The notes: generated by a model not told the origin, from the letters alone. Shown: positions 20,122 through 30,180, numbered from the stretch's first letter. The stretch is DNA of 64,000 nucleotides from Halobacteriales archaeon QS_9_68_17 (GCA_003023565.1 PXSA01000012.1:1492-65491), one strand, 5' to 3'. Made by a program: numbers and translations.

Positions 20122-21156
20122 TCAGCGGCCGACCCAGCGCAGCAGCAGCAGCGTCCCCTCGAACAGGACGACCATCGTCCCGGCGACGAGGATGGGTGCC
20201 ATCCCGGTGGGGTCGGGGCTGAACAGGAACGCGATGCCGAGGAACGCGCCCCAGAAGTAGAGGCGACGGCCCGCGAGCCACCGCCGGGTCGTGATCCCCA
20301 TCATGATCGCGAGCATGATGAACAGCGGGATCTGGAACACGACCGCCAGCATGCCCATCATCATGAGGATCAGGTTGAACGTGTCCTGGAGCGCGAACGC
20401 GATGTCCGCCGTCTGTTCGGAGTAGTAGAGGAAGTAGGTGAACAGCGCGGGCAGGACGAGGTAGTACGCGAAGGAGACGCCGACGATGGCGAGGACGAGG
20501 CTCGTTGGCACCGCCGCGAGGTAGTAGCGGCGCTCCTGGGGGTACAGTCCCGGGCGCATGAACAGGTACGTTTCGTAGACGAACACGGGGAGCGCGAGGA
20601 CGATCCCGGCGAGGCTGGCGAGTTTCAGTTCCGCCAGCTTCAGTTCGAGCGGGCCGTAGACGTGCGGCGGCGCACACTCCGACGCGCCCGGGCACTCGGT
20701 CACCGTCCCGGGGTGGACGCTGTACCAGATGGTGGTGATGAACTCCTGCGCGAAGGGGAACGCGACGGAGGTGACGATGGCGGCGACGAACATGACGACG
20801 GCGAGGCGCTTGACCATCTCCTCGATGTGGACGGCCAGCGGGAGCTCCTCGTCGTCCGGCGGCTCCGTCCACTCCTCGTCGTCGTCGATCCCCGTCTCGC
20901 CGCCACCGTGGGCCGGCGCTCCGGGCGCGGTCGCCGCGCCCGGCGGGGTCGTCCCGTCCGCGTCGTCGGCCGGTGGGACCGGGGCCTCACCCGTTCTGGT
21001 CTCGGCCGTGGCCGGCCGGAGCGACTCGCCGGGCCGGTCCTCCGTCGCGGGGGCCTCGTGCTCCGGGACCTCCCGTGGCTCGGTCTCCGGCGACTCCCAC
21101 GTCTCGTCGGGGTCGTTTTTCGTCAGCCCAGAATCGTCCTCCGACTCGTCCGGCAT
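20122..21156 (-). CDS. tatC: Twin-arginine translocase subunit TatC (single-domain, acidic N-terminal extension)
   Basis: PLAVHIEEM, FMRPGLYPQERR, FQIPL, FSPDP. Confidence 0.92.
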   Translation of the reverse strand: MPDESEDDSGLTKNDPDETWESPETEPREVPEHEAPATEDRPGESLRPATAETRTGEAPVPPADDADGTTPPGAATAPGAPAHGGGETGIDDDEEWTEPPDDEELPLAVHIEEMVKRLAVVMFVAAIVTSVAFPFAQEFITTIWYSVHPGTVTECPGASECAPPHVYGPLELKLAELKLASLAGIVLALPVFVYETYLFMRPGLYPQERRYYLAAVPTSLVLAIVGVSFAYYLVLPALFTYFLYYSEQTADIAFALQDTFNLILMMMGMLAVVFQIPLFIMLAIMMGITTRRWLAGRRLYFWGAFLGIAFLFSPDPTGMAPILVAGTMVVLFEGTLLLLRWVGR

Positions 21157-21257
21157 TCGTCAGAAGGTAGGCGCGCGGCTTCTTATAGGCCTTTTCTTAC
21201 CGCTCACGGGCAGAGAAGAAGATTGATAACCGCGTCCCGGTAATCCCCCGACGACTA

Positions 21258-23522
21258 ATGAGTTCGGCCATCGACGAGGACACCGCTCGCGCCGTCAACT
21301 CCGGTCGCGAGACGATCGGCGCAGTGCTGTCGTCCGCGCAGTCGCACCTCCAGAAGGTGTTCATGGTGTTCGTCATCGGTCTGGTCGGCACTATCTACGC
21401 CCTTCGGACGTACGTCTGGGACTTCCTGCAGTCGAACACCACCTCACAGCTCGGCAATACAGTCGCCGAGGGACAGGTGAACTTCATCGTCCGGACGCCG
21501 TTCGACGTGATACTGTTGCAGGTGAAGATCGGTCTGCTCGTCGGCGTCCTGCTCGCGATACCGTTCCTGCTGTACTACTCCCGCGACGCGCTGGCCGAGC
21601 GCGGCTACGACTCGGCCGTCCCGGTCACCCGCGGCCGCGTCGCCGGCTTCGTTCTCCTCTCGCTGCTGCTGTTCGCCGGCGGCATCGTCTACGCCTACGC
21701 CGTCTTCTTCCCGTTCATGTTCGAGTTCCTCGCGGTCAACGCCGTCCGCGCGGAGATCAAGCCGAGCTACGGGATCGTCCTCTACACGCAGTTCCTGCTC
21801 CTGCTGACCGCGTCGTTCGGCCTCGCCGCCCAGTTACCGCTCGTGATGAGCGTCCTCTCGTACGCCGAGATCGTCCCCTACGAGACGTTCCGCGACAAGT
21901 GGCGGTACGCGATCCTCGGCGTCTTCGCGTTCGGCGCGCTGTTCTCCCCGCCGGACCCGTTCACCCAGGTCATGTGGGCGGCCCCGCTCATCGTCCTCTA
22001 CGTCCTCAGCCTCGGACTGGCGAAGATCGTGACGAACGCCCGCCGGGTCGGCGCGGCCCCGGACGCCGTCGAGGGCGGGTCGATGAGGAGATCCGTCACC
22101 GCGCTGGTCGGGATCGCCCTCGCGGCGGTCGTCGGCACGCTCGTCACCGTTCGCCGTGGCGGCGTCGCGTACGCGAACCGCGAACTCCTACCGATGGTCG
22201 ACCGCTCCGTCGTGCCGGTGCTAAACGAGTCCGTCCTCCCGTTGGTCCCGTTCGGTCCCGGAAGCGTGACGACGCAGCCGTTGACGGCACCGAACGCGCT
22301 CATCGACCAGCTGGTCGTCGCCGCCGAGGCGGGCGTTTTCGTCGGCCTGCTCCTCGTGCTCGGCTACACGGTCGAGGTGCTCCGACAGCCCGTCGCGCCG
22401 CGTGTCGACCCCGTCTCCGGCGCGCCGGACCCCGCCGATATCGACCTCGGCCCGCTCGATGCGAGCGGGGTCCGCGCCGCGCCCGACGAGGTGTTCGCCG
22501 GGCTGACCGAGGACGAGGCGCTGGCCCGCGCCCGGGAGGCGATGGACGCCGACGAACCGGACAAGGCCGAGGCGATCCTCGACCGGTTCGACGAGGTCGA
22601 CGCGCGGACCGAGGAGGCGGCCGAGACCGAGGACGCCGCGGCGGACGAGGAAGTGGTGACGCCCGCCGGCGAGACGCCGGAGGACGACCCCGTCACCAGC
22701 ACCACCGCCGGCATGGTCGACGCCTTCGCCGAGGAGGAGACGACCGAGGAAGACATCGGTGGCTACTTCTACGACCTCCGGTTCATCCTTGAGAGCCTCA
22801 CGTCGAAGATGTTCCGCATCGTCGCGGTGTTCATGGTCGTTCTCGCCGGCTCCTTTCTCTGGCTCTACCGCGGCGGCATCGGCCAGATCCGCGAGGACTT
22901 CCTCCGGAAGATGCCCCCCGAGGTCATCGGCGAGGTCCAGGACCCCGTCATCGCGATGCACCCCGTCGAGGCGCTCATCTTCGAGGTGAAGGTGAGCACC
23001 ATCCTCGGCGCTATCGCCGTCCTCCCGATGGTCGCGTACTACGCCTGGCCCGCCGCGGCCGAGCGCGGGTTCGTCAGCGGCGACCGCCGCGTGTTCGGCC
23101 TCTGGGGCGTCGCCATCCTCGTCGGCATCGTCGGCGGGAGCGCGCTCGGCTACCTCTGGGTCGCCCCGACGATCATCTCCTACCTCGTCGCGGACGCCCA
23201 GCAGGCCGGGGCGGTCATCTCCTACCGCCTGAAGAACTTCTTCTGGCTCATCTTCCTCACGACGGCGGGGATCGGCATCCTCGGCGACGTCCTCGTCAGC
23301 CAGCTCATGTTCCACTACGGCGGGATCGTCTCCTTCGAGGCGATGTACGAGCGCTGGCGGATCGTCACCATCCTCATCTTCGCGCTCGCCGGCGTGTTCA
23401 CCCCGTCGGGCGTGCTCACGATGTTCATCGTCGCCATCCCCATCGCCCTCGTCTACCTGTTCGGGCTGGGGATCCTCTGGGTCGTCACCCTGCCGCGCCG
23501 CACCCGAGCGCGGGCGACCTGA
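21258..23522 (+). CDS. tatC: Twin-arginine translocase subunit TatC (duplicated, long form)
   Basis: Two TatC-like halves (TPFDVILLQVK..SPPDPFTQ; HPVEALIFEVK..FTPSG) joined by an acidic linker. Confidence 0.9.
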   Translation: MSSAIDEDTARAVNSGRETIGAVLSSAQSHLQKVFMVFVIGLVGTIYALRTYVWDFLQSNTTSQLGNTVAEGQVNFIVRTPFDVILLQVKIGLLVGVLLAIPFLLYYSRDALAERGYDSAVPVTRGRVAGFVLLSLLLFAGGIVYAYAVFFPFMFEFLAVNAVRAEIKPSYGIVLYTQFLLLLTASFGLAAQLPLVMSVLSYAEIVPYETFRDKWRYAILGVFAFGALFSPPDPFTQVMWAAPLIVLYVLSLGLAKIVTNARRVGAAPDAVEGGSMRRSVTALVGIALAAVVGTLVTVRRGGVAYANRELLPMVDRSVVPVLNESVLPLVPFGPGSVTTQPLTAPNALIDQLVVAAEAGVFVGLLLVLGYTVEVLRQPVAPRVDPVSGAPDPADIDLGPLDASGVRAAPDEVFAGLTEDEALARAREAMDADEPDKAEAILDRFDEVDARTEEAAETEDAAADEEVVTPAGETPEDDPVTSTTAGMVDAFAEEETTEEDIGGYFYDLRFILESLTSKMFRIVAVFMVVLAGSFLWLYRGGIGQIREDFLRKMPPEVIGEVQDPVIAMHPVEALIFEVKVSTILGAIAVLPMVAYYAWPAAAERGFVSGDRRVFGLWGVAILVGIVGGSALGYLWVAPTIISYLVADAQQAGAVISYRLKNFFWLIFLTTAGIGILGDVLVSQLMFHYGGIVSFEAMYERWRIVTILIFALAGVFTPSGVLTMFIVAIPIALVYLFGLGILWVVTLPRRTRARAT

Positions 23523-23585
23523 CGCGGGTCGCTCGCCGCCGGCGCGGGTAGAAAAGTTAACGCCGCGCCTCGATAGTACTCGGAT

Positions 23586-23762
23586 ATGCCCAAGATAAGC
23601 GTCGAGATCCCCGAGGAACTCCTCGCGGACCTCGACCGACACGTCGGCGACGGCGGCAAGTACGTCAACCGGAGCGAGGCGGTCCGGGCGTCGATCCGGA
23701 AGAACCTGGACATCCTGGACGAGATCGACGAGCGTCACGGCCGTCTGGACGGCGGCGAGTGA
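23586..23762 (+). CDS. CopG/ribbon-helix-helix protein (58 aa, below the ORF-track cutoff)
   Basis: MPKISVEIPEELLADLDRHVGDGGKYVNRSEAVRASIRKNLD. Confidence 0.85.
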   Translation: MPKISVEIPEELLADLDRHVGDGGKYVNRSEAVRASIRKNLDILDEIDERHGRLDGGE

Positions 23763-23808
23763 GCGCGCCCGCCCCAGCGCCTACCCGTCCGACCGTCGTA
23801 CGACGGCC

Positions 23809-24012
23809 ATGGGCAGCGACGGCCTGATCGAACTGGACGAGGAGTGCTGGACGGCGCTCGCGAAGTACAACCTCCTGTTGAGCACGCTGTTCGCGGCGCT
23901 GCTGCTAGTGACGCGGACGGTCGCGCCCGACCGGACCGTCCTGGTCGTTCAAAACGGCGTCCTCGCGCTCGCTTTCGGCGGCGTACAGACGTACTGCTGG
24001 ATCTCGCGATAG
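23809..24012 (+). CDS. Small membrane protein
   Basis: 67 aa, two hydrophobic segments, ATG start. Confidence 0.55.
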   Translation: MGSDGLIELDEECWTALAKYNLLLSTLFAALLLVTRTVAPDRTVLVVQNGVLALAFGGVQTYCWISR

Positions 24013-24073
24013 CCGGCGACCGCCGGAACGGGCGTAACCGACGACTGCGAGAAGCGGCGTGACCGGCGACCGC

Positions 24074-24895
24074 TCAGTCGACGCGCTCCGCGAAGCCGAA
24101 GCGCGGCTTCACGTCGGTCACCGCTATCTCGACCTTCTCGCTCTCCGACGCGCCGGGGACGAACAGCGTGTAGTCCTCGACCTTGGCGACGCCGTCGCCC
24201 TCGCTCCCCTCGTCGACTATCTCGACAGTGAGGCGGTCGCCCTCGCGGACGGGGGCGGTCAGGCGGCCCTTCGCGACGAGGTACACCTCCGAGGACTCCT
24301 CGCGAGAGGCGTCGGGACTCGTCGTGCGGACGTACTCGAACTCCTCCTCCATCTCGTCGCGCAGGTCGTCGAGGTCCTGGCCCTCGAACACCTTCACGGC
24401 GACGTCGCCGCCGCTGTCTAACAGTTCCAGCGCCGTCCGGAACGCCTGCCGCGCGAGGTGGACCGACCGCGCGTGGTCGAGACCGTACTCGCCGGTCATG
24501 TTCGGCGCGAGGTCGGAGACGACCACGTCCGCGTGCCCGCTGGCACGCTCTGGACTGGCGGCTTTCGCCGCCCTGTCCGCCTCGCCGGCGATGTCGACGA
24601 CCTCGTCGCGGGTGTCCTCCTCGGTCATGTCGCCGCGAACGGTCTCGACGCGCGCGCCGTGGTCGTCCTCCAGCGGGTCGATGCGCTGGCGGTCGACGCC
24701 GATGACGGTGCCGCCCTCGCCGGCCATCTCCGCCGCGACCTGCATCCACCCGCCGGGCGCGGCCCCGAGGTCGACGACCGTGTTGCCGGGGCCGATAAGG
24801 CCCTCCAGTCGGTCGAGTTGCTTCAGCTTGTAGGCCGCCCGGGAGCGGTAACCCTCCTGCTTGGCCTTGTTGTAGTAGTGGTCCTTGCGTCCCAT
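24074..24895 (-). CDS. rlmE: 23S rRNA 2'-O-methyltransferase RlmE/FtsJ with C-terminal TRAM domain
   Basis: GYRSRAAYKL, DLGAAPGGW, SDLAP, KVFEG, SSEVY; TRAM GSEGDGVAKV. Confidence 0.93.
   Translation of the reverse strand: MGRKDHYYNKAKQEGYRSRAAYKLKQLDRLEGLIGPGNTVVDLGAAPGGWMQVAAEMAGEGGTVIGVDRQRIDPLEDDHGARVETVRGDMTEEDTRDEVVDIAGEADRAAKAASPERASGHADVVVSDLAPNMTGEYGLDHARSVHLARQAFRTALELLDSGGDVAVKVFEGQDLDDLRDEMEEEFEYVRTTSPDASREESSEVYLVAKGRLTAPVREGDRLTVEIVDEGSEGDGVAKVEDYTLFVPGASESEKVEIAVTDVKPRFGFAERVD
24527..24580 (-). repeat. 48-bp in-frame double-hairpin insert in rlmE with 6-bp flanking direct repeat
   Basis: GTCCGC at 24527 and 24575; hairpins CGTGCC-CGCT-GGCACG and GGCGGC-TTTC-GCCGCC. Confidence 0.75.
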
Positions 24896-25107
24896 CGCTA
24901 CCACCCCGCCTCCGCGTGTTCTCGCGGAGACGTCGTCCGACGCGTCGGTGCGCTCATACCGTCTCGGAGAGGGTCGACGCGGAAAGGCGTGCCGAATCGA
25001 CCCCCCGACGTGGTCGATGGGAACGATCGACGAACGCATCTACACCTTTCAGATCATGAGCGATCAACGGTCGAGGACATCACGACCGGGACGAACCATC
25101 GGGTATC

Positions 25108-25332
25108 GTGTCGGAGACGCGCCTGAAGCAACACCGGGACGCCGAGCGGCGCTACCGCTCCCTGTTCGAGAACAGCCCGATCGTCGTCCGGGAGGAGGAC
25201 TTCTCGGCGGGCAGGCGGGAACTCGACCGGATCGCCGAGGTCCACGACCGGCTGGTGAGCGTGACCGAAAGCGAGAGCGGCGGCGCGCGGTTCGAGGTCG
25301 TGACCGACCCGGTGTGCTCCCCCGGAACGTGA
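25108..25332 (+). pseudogene. Collapsed remnant of a PAS-domain sensor histidine kinase
   Basis: ERRYRSLFENSPIVVREEDFS (PAS start) fused to IAEVH..VSVTESESGGARFEV (HATPase end). Confidence 0.65.
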
Positions 25333-25432
25333 CGGACCCGTTCGCCCGGCGTAGGGTCGCCCCTGGTGACGCACATAAAACGTTTCCCACTCCATCCTCG
25401 CTCTCATCCCTGTCTCCGTGTGATTACAGGTA

Positions 25433-25705
25433 ATGAGCGAGGTAATCAGGGAACACGGTTTTCGTTCGGAGCCCCTCCTTTCCTCCGCCGAGGCCACGTG
25501 TGCGACGATCGCCGAGGCCATCGCGGACGCCGAGGGCGTATCGCCGTTCGACATCGACCCCCTGTACGAGAGCATCGACCCCGACGCGCTCGGCCGCTTT
25601 CTCGACTCCGCCGACCCCGAAGACGACGTCTCGATCGCGTTCACCCACGGCCAGTGGTCAGTGACGGTCCAGGCGGGCGGTCGCGTGGTCGTCGGCGAGG
25701 CCTGA
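25433..25705 (+). CDS. HalOD1 (halobacterial output domain) protein
   Basis: [32 protein letters not shown]. Confidence 0.82.
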   Translation: MSEVIREHGFRSEPLLSSAEATCATIAEAIADAEGVSPFDIDPLYESIDPDALGRFLDSADPEDDVSIAFTHGQWSVTVQAGGRVVVGEA

Positions 25706-25935
25706 TACGGACTGCTGTAACCGTTTACCGGTGTTCGGCGACCCGGGTCGCCGAAACACAGAAACGACTTCCAGCGGTCCTTACGAGTCAGCCCACGGTA
25801 GCCCCTCGCAGGGGTTCGACCGCTCGCGGCGCGACACTGCCCGGACTCGCCGTTTCGCTCGGTGGTTTCGGCCGCGTCCGCGCGCATACGGAACGCGTGT
25901 CTTTTTATACTGGGGAGCCAAACCTCGACTCAATA

Positions 25936-26679
25936 ATGTTCAAGGCGATCGTCAGCGCGGAGACGCTCCGGACGGCGCTCGACTCCGTGAGCGTGCTGGT
26001 GGACGAGTGCAAGGTCCACCTGAACGAAGACGGCATCGAGATTCGTGCCGTCGATCCGGCGAACGTCGGGATGGTCGACCTCTCGCTCTCGGCCGACGCG
26101 TTCGAATCCTACGAGGCCGACGGCGGCCTCATCGGCGTCGATCTCTCGCGGCTGGAAGACATCGCGGGCATGGCCGACTCGGCCCAGCTCGTGGAACTGG
26201 AACTCGACGAGGAGACGCGCAAACTCCACATCCAGATCGACGGGCTGGAGTACACGCTGGCGCTCATCGACCCCGACTCCATCCGTCAGGAGCCGGACAT
26301 CCCGGACCTCGATCTGGCCGCCGAGATCGTCATCGAGGGCGCGGACATCGACCGCTCGGTCACCGCCGCCGACATGGTTTCCGACCACATCGCGCTGGGG
26401 GTCGACGAGACGGACGAACTGTTCTACGTCGACGCGGAGGGCGACACCGACGACGTCCACCTCGAACTCGACCAGAGCGACCTCATCGACCTGCAGGTCG
26501 GCCCCGCTCACTCGCTGTTCAGTCTCGACTACCTGAAAGACATGAACAAGGCGATCGACAAGGACGCCGAGGTGACGCTGGAACTCGGCGAGGAGTTCCC
26601 GGTCAAACTCCACTTCGACATCGCGGAGGGCAACGGGCAGGTCACGTTCATGCTCGCGCCCCGCATCCAGAGCGACTAA
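25936..26679 (+). CDS. pcn: DNA polymerase sliding clamp PCNA
   Basis: [32 protein letters not shown]; TTTTTATA upstream. Confidence 0.97.
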   Translation: MFKAIVSAETLRTALDSVSVLVDECKVHLNEDGIEIRAVDPANVGMVDLSLSADAFESYEADGGLIGVDLSRLEDIAGMADSAQLVELELDEETRKLHIQIDGLEYTLALIDPDSIRQEPDIPDLDLAAEIVIEGADIDRSVTAADMVSDHIALGVDETDELFYVDAEGDTDDVHLELDQSDLIDLQVGPAHSLFSLDYLKDMNKAIDKDAEVTLELGEEFPVKLHFDIAEGNGQVTFMLAPRIQSD

Positions 26680-27323
26680 GGCTGAGTCCGGCGGTCGATG
26701 ACGCGCTTCGCGGCCGTCGCCTTCTCTTTCCAGCCGTATCCTTCCTCGTACACGTGGTGCTTGCTGTCGACGAGCGCCTCCGGCGAGGCCTCCTCGAAGC
26801 CGCCGCGGGCCCACGTGCCGCTCTCGCGGAGCCATTCGACCACGTTCTCCTTCGTCTCGCGCCACGAGAAGCCGACCATCTCGTAGTACGCGATCATCGC
26901 GAAGACGGCGTTGTCGTGACAGCCGGGGACGCTCCCCTGCCGGTAGATGGTGCGGAGCGGGTCGCGGTCCGGCTGGCTCAGGTGCTCGCGGCGCTGTTCC
27001 GGACCGGTGAGCGCCAGGTCGCCGTCCGCGGCGCGGACGCGGTTCGCGGCGGCGTCGCCGTCGCCCCCGTCCGACCCGACCTCGTAGACCCGATACTCGT
27101 CACGCAGGAGCGACAGCGCCGCCGCGTGAAGCGCGCCCCAGTCGCCGTCGATGGCGTCGCGGAGGGCCGCCTCCGGCCGGGGGTCGGCCGACAGGACGGC
27201 GACGATGTCGGCGTACGCCTTCTCGATCCGCGCCCACGACGTCCCGGCGAAACGACAGTCCGTCTCGTGGAGGTCGTTGGTGGTCCGGCAGTCGGGGCAG
27301 GGGTAGTCGAAGTACGTCGCCAC
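26676..27323 (-). CDS. Conserved haloarchaeal protein with N-terminal CPxC..H..C zinc finger
   Basis: [19 protein letters not shown]; aromatic-rich C-terminal half; GTG start. Confidence 0.75.
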   Translation of the reverse strand: MATYFDYPCPDCRTTNDLHETDCRFAGTSWARIEKAYADIVAVLSADPRPEAALRDAIDGDWGALHAAALSLLRDEYRVYEVGSDGGDGDAAANRVRAADGDLALTGPEQRREHLSQPDRDPLRTIYRQGSVPGCHDNAVFAMIAYYEMVGFSWRETKENVVEWLRESGTWARGGFEEASPEALVDSKHHVYEEGYGWKEKATAAKRVIDRRTQP

Positions 27324-27643
27324 GGACTCTCATAGGCGAACGCGCCGACTTAGTTCGTGCGATCGGGGTCGGCGGACGCGGCGGACGGCCCCGTCGCGGT
27401 CAAAAGCAGCGCGACCCGCAGGAAAGTCCGGACCGCGAAGCCGGCGGCGTCGCTGGCGAACAGGCCGCCGATCACGAGGTCGGATGCGACGCCGAGGCCG
27501 AACGGCTTGCGGGCGACGGTAAGCGTCTGCCCCCTGCCGGCCGCTACGACGCGGCTCCCGATCCGTCCCTCCGAGGCCGACAGGTAAGGCGCGCCCACCC
27601 GTGACCGGTCGTTTTATCGGTGCCGGGGCGGAATGAGTCGCCG

Positions 27644-28714
27644 ATGAAACGGTTCCACGCCCGGTACCCCTTCCTCGACGCGGCCCGAGAGGCGGTGGAC
27701 GCCGCGGCGGTCGATCTGGCCGACCTCGTCGCCCGCGAGGACGCCGTCGAGCGCGACTCGACGAGCCCTCGCTCGAACGCCCGCGAGGACCCGGTCGCGG
27801 TCGACCGCGCCGTGGGTCGCGTCGAGGCCGCCCTCTCCGGCGACACGACCGGCGACCCCCACCGCCGGCCGCGCGTCGAACTCCTCTCGTACCCCATCGC
27901 GCGGGTGCTGGTCTCGCTCGTCGGCGACCCCGTGCTCACCCGCAAGTACGCCCGCGCGGAGGCGGTGACCGCTCACCGGCGGTTCACGAGCGACTTCGCG
28001 GGCGACCAGCTACGGAGCGCGAGCGGCGAGCGGATGACGCTCGACCGCCTCCTCCGCGAGTTCGACCTCGACGGGACCGTCGCGGAGACGGACGACGGCT
28101 ACCGCGTCGCCGTCGGCGACTACCTGCAACTGTCGGGCGACCTGCCCGGCGACCGGTGGCGGCTGGCGACCCGCGCGCTGGCCGACGGCGCGGTGCCAGT
28201 CGACCGGGAGGAACTCCACCTCCTTCTCCGACAGGCCGTCGAGGAGCGCGTAGGCGCGGGTCTGCCGCTCTCGGTGCCCGACGCCATCGCGAACGACCTC
28301 GACGCCGCGGTCGAGACCGTGGAGGACCTCCTCGCGGATCTCGAACTGTCGGGCGACATCGACACCGTCGCCCCCGACCTCTTCCCCCCATGCATGGCGA
28401 ACCTCGTGGAGCGGAGCCGCGAAGGGGCGGCACTGCCGGAGCACTCGCGGTTCGTCCTGACCTCGTTCCTGACCGCTATCGGAATGGACGACGAGGAGAT
28501 AGCGGCGTTCTGCGGCGCGGGCGACGAGTACCGGACCGACCGCATCGCGACAGCGGACGGCGGCACGGAGTACCCGCCGCCGAGCTGCGAGACGATGGTC
28601 GCCTACGGCGACTGCGTGAACACGGACGAGGTCTGCGAGACGGTTCCGCACCCGCTGAAATACTACGAGAAGCGACTCGACGCGGCCGAAGCCACACCGG
28701 ACGCGCGAGATTGA
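27644..28714 (+). CDS. priL: DNA primase large subunit PriL
   Basis: ARYPFL, ELLSYPIARVLVS, FPPCM, YPPPSCETM..C..C..HPL (Fe-S cysteines). Confidence 0.92.
   Translation: MKRFHARYPFLDAAREAVDAAAVDLADLVAREDAVERDSTSPRSNAREDPVAVDRAVGRVEAALSGDTTGDPHRRPRVELLSYPIARVLVSLVGDPVLTRKYARAEAVTAHRRFTSDFAGDQLRSASGERMTLDRLLREFDLDGTVAETDDGYRVAVGDYLQLSGDLPGDRWRLATRALADGAVPVDREELHLLLRQAVEERVGAGLPLSVPDAIANDLDAAVETVEDLLADLELSGDIDTVAPDLFPPCMANLVERSREGAALPEHSRFVLTSFLTAIGMDDEEIAAFCGAGDEYRTDRIATADGGTEYPPPSCETMVAYGDCVNTDEVCETVPHPLKYYEKRLDAAEATPDARD
27730..27790 (+). repeat. 48-bp in-frame palindromic insert in priL with 13-bp flanking direct repeat
   Basis: CGCCCGCGAGGAC at 27730 and 27778; internal CGTCGAG-n5-CTCGACG. 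Confidence 0.75.
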
Positions 28715-29074
28715 CATCCTCCCCGCCCTGAAGGGCGAGGATTCCAGCGCGGGACAGCGGGCCGGTCCCGCGTCCCCGCTGGCAACTTCTCGCCTGCCGG
28801 ATGGGGGTCCCTGCCTGCCCTTCGTGCCACGGCGGGCAGGCACAATCGGGTCGAGGGTCGCTTTTTGCTTGCCGTGTCGCCACGACCTCGGAGACGCCCT
28901 CTCGGGGACGGTATGGTGGCCTTCGTCGTCCGGGCGGACACCAATCCAACCGCCAGTTTTTGCCCGTTGTGCTTACCCCGTGATACGCTGTCAGGGAGCT
29001 TAATTCCGGCGGTCGTGGCGCGGTTGTCGGATTCATCCCCGCCGTGAACGGTGGGGCTTTCTCCTCGAACTTCC
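28711..29074 (-). mobile_element. Non-autonomous IS200/IS605 (IS608-like) element 1, 364 bp
   Basis: Minus strand: TTAC target, then LE AAAG-CCCCACCGTTCACGGCGGGG, and RE GAAT-CCTCGCCCTTCAGGGCGGGGAGGATGTCAA. Confidence 0.88.
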
Positions 29075-29102
29075 GTAACCGGTCCGCGGCGACGGCGATT
29101 AC

Positions 29103-29360
29103 AGCGGTAGCGAGGCGAAAGCCCACCCCTTCAGGGGTGGGATGAATCCCGTAAGCTTGATCGGTACTCCCTCCGAAAACGGGTGTACCGAGTCTCGGGC
29201 AAGTCTCCCAAAGCCACTGTCCGAGTCGGGGGCCGTACTGGCTCGGCCCGAACCCCGGCATCCGACCGGGAAACTCCCGTCGTGAGGATGCCCGTCTGTG
29301 ACGGGGCCTCGGTCGTCTGTGGCGGTCGAACCCCACGACTTCAGTCGTGGGAGAAGTCAA
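29103..29360 (+). mobile_element. Non-autonomous IS200/IS605 (IS608-like) element 2, 258 bp
   Basis: TTAC at 29099-29102, LE AAAG-CCCACCCCTTCAGGGGTGGG, RE GAAC-CCCACGACTTCAGTCGTGGGAGAAGTCAA. Confidence 0.88.
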
Positions 29361-29605
29361 GCGCCGTTCGCGCCGTCCGTCTCCACCTGTTCCGCGTCGG
29401 ACTCGAAGTCGGCCCGCGCGAGGACGTAGCCGACCCCGAACATCAGCAGGACGAAGAGGACGATGACCGCGACCATCATCTGGCCGCCCTCCGTCGTCAA
29501 CTCGCCGCTCGTCGAATAGCTCGACCCGACGTACATCATCGCGCCGATCATCGTCGCCACGGACCCGGCCGAAACGGCGATCTCGACCAGCGTCTGTCGT
29601 TCCAT
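29357..29605 (-). CDS. Small conserved haloarchaeal two-TM protein
   Basis: MERQTLVEIAVSAGSV..LTTEGGQMMVAVIVLFVLLMFGVG. Confidence 0.78.
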   Translation of the reverse strand: MERQTLVEIAVSAGSVATMIGAMMYVGSSYSTSGELTTEGGQMMVAVIVLFVLLMFGVGYVLARADFESDAEQVETDGANGA

Positions 29606-29667
29606 ACGTCCGCCCTTTCTCCCGGCGGCCAAAAGCGCTTCGAAGGCCGTACGCGGCGCGAAGCGCC

Positions 29668-30180
29668 TCACTCGGCGAGCAGGTCGTCGACGAGACGGGT
29701 GAACCGGTCGAGCATGCGCTCGGGCAGGGACGGCGAGACGGCGTCGAGCAGGCGCGCCGTCTCCGTCGGCCGCGCGAGGACGAGCGTCACCCGGCCGCGC
29801 TCGTCGCGCTCCTTCCGGGCGACGCCCTGTTCGACGAGGTGGTCGAGGTGCCACTCCAGCGTGCTCCGGGCGACGCCGAGTTCGTCGGCCACGGCCGCCG
29901 GACGTTGCGGTCCGGAGACGATCAGGGCGGCGAGCACGTCCCGCGCCGTCTCGCGCCGGCACAGCGAGAGCGCGCCGCGCTCCCACTCGCCGGTGTCGGG
30001 CGGGAAGTAGTGGGTCCGGCCGTACAGTCGCTCCCGGTCGAGACGGTCGGCGTCGAGCAGGCGGGCGACGTGGTACTGGACCTGCCCGGGGGCCAGATCC
30101 AGCGTCCGGACGAGTTCGTTGAAGTGGACGCCCGGGTCGGTGCTGACGTGGCGCTCGATCCGCTTTCGCGTCTCGCTCAC
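29668..30180 (-). CDS. Double winged-HTH transcriptional regulator
   Basis: PGVHFNELVR..GQVQYHV and VADELGVARSTLEWHL. Confidence 0.88.
   Translation of the reverse strand: MSETRKRIERHVSTDPGVHFNELVRTLDLAPGQVQYHVARLLDADRLDRERLYGRTHYFPPDTGEWERGALSLCRRETARDVLAALIVSGPQRPAAVADELGVARSTLEWHLDHLVEQGVARKERDERGRVTLVLARPTETARLLDAVSPSLPERMLDRFTRLVDDLLAE

Noticed and set aside
27350-27598. Short minus-strand hydrophobic ORF, and similar scraps at 58840-58965 and 63076-63250
   Set aside because: Probably gene debris; too little signal to assign
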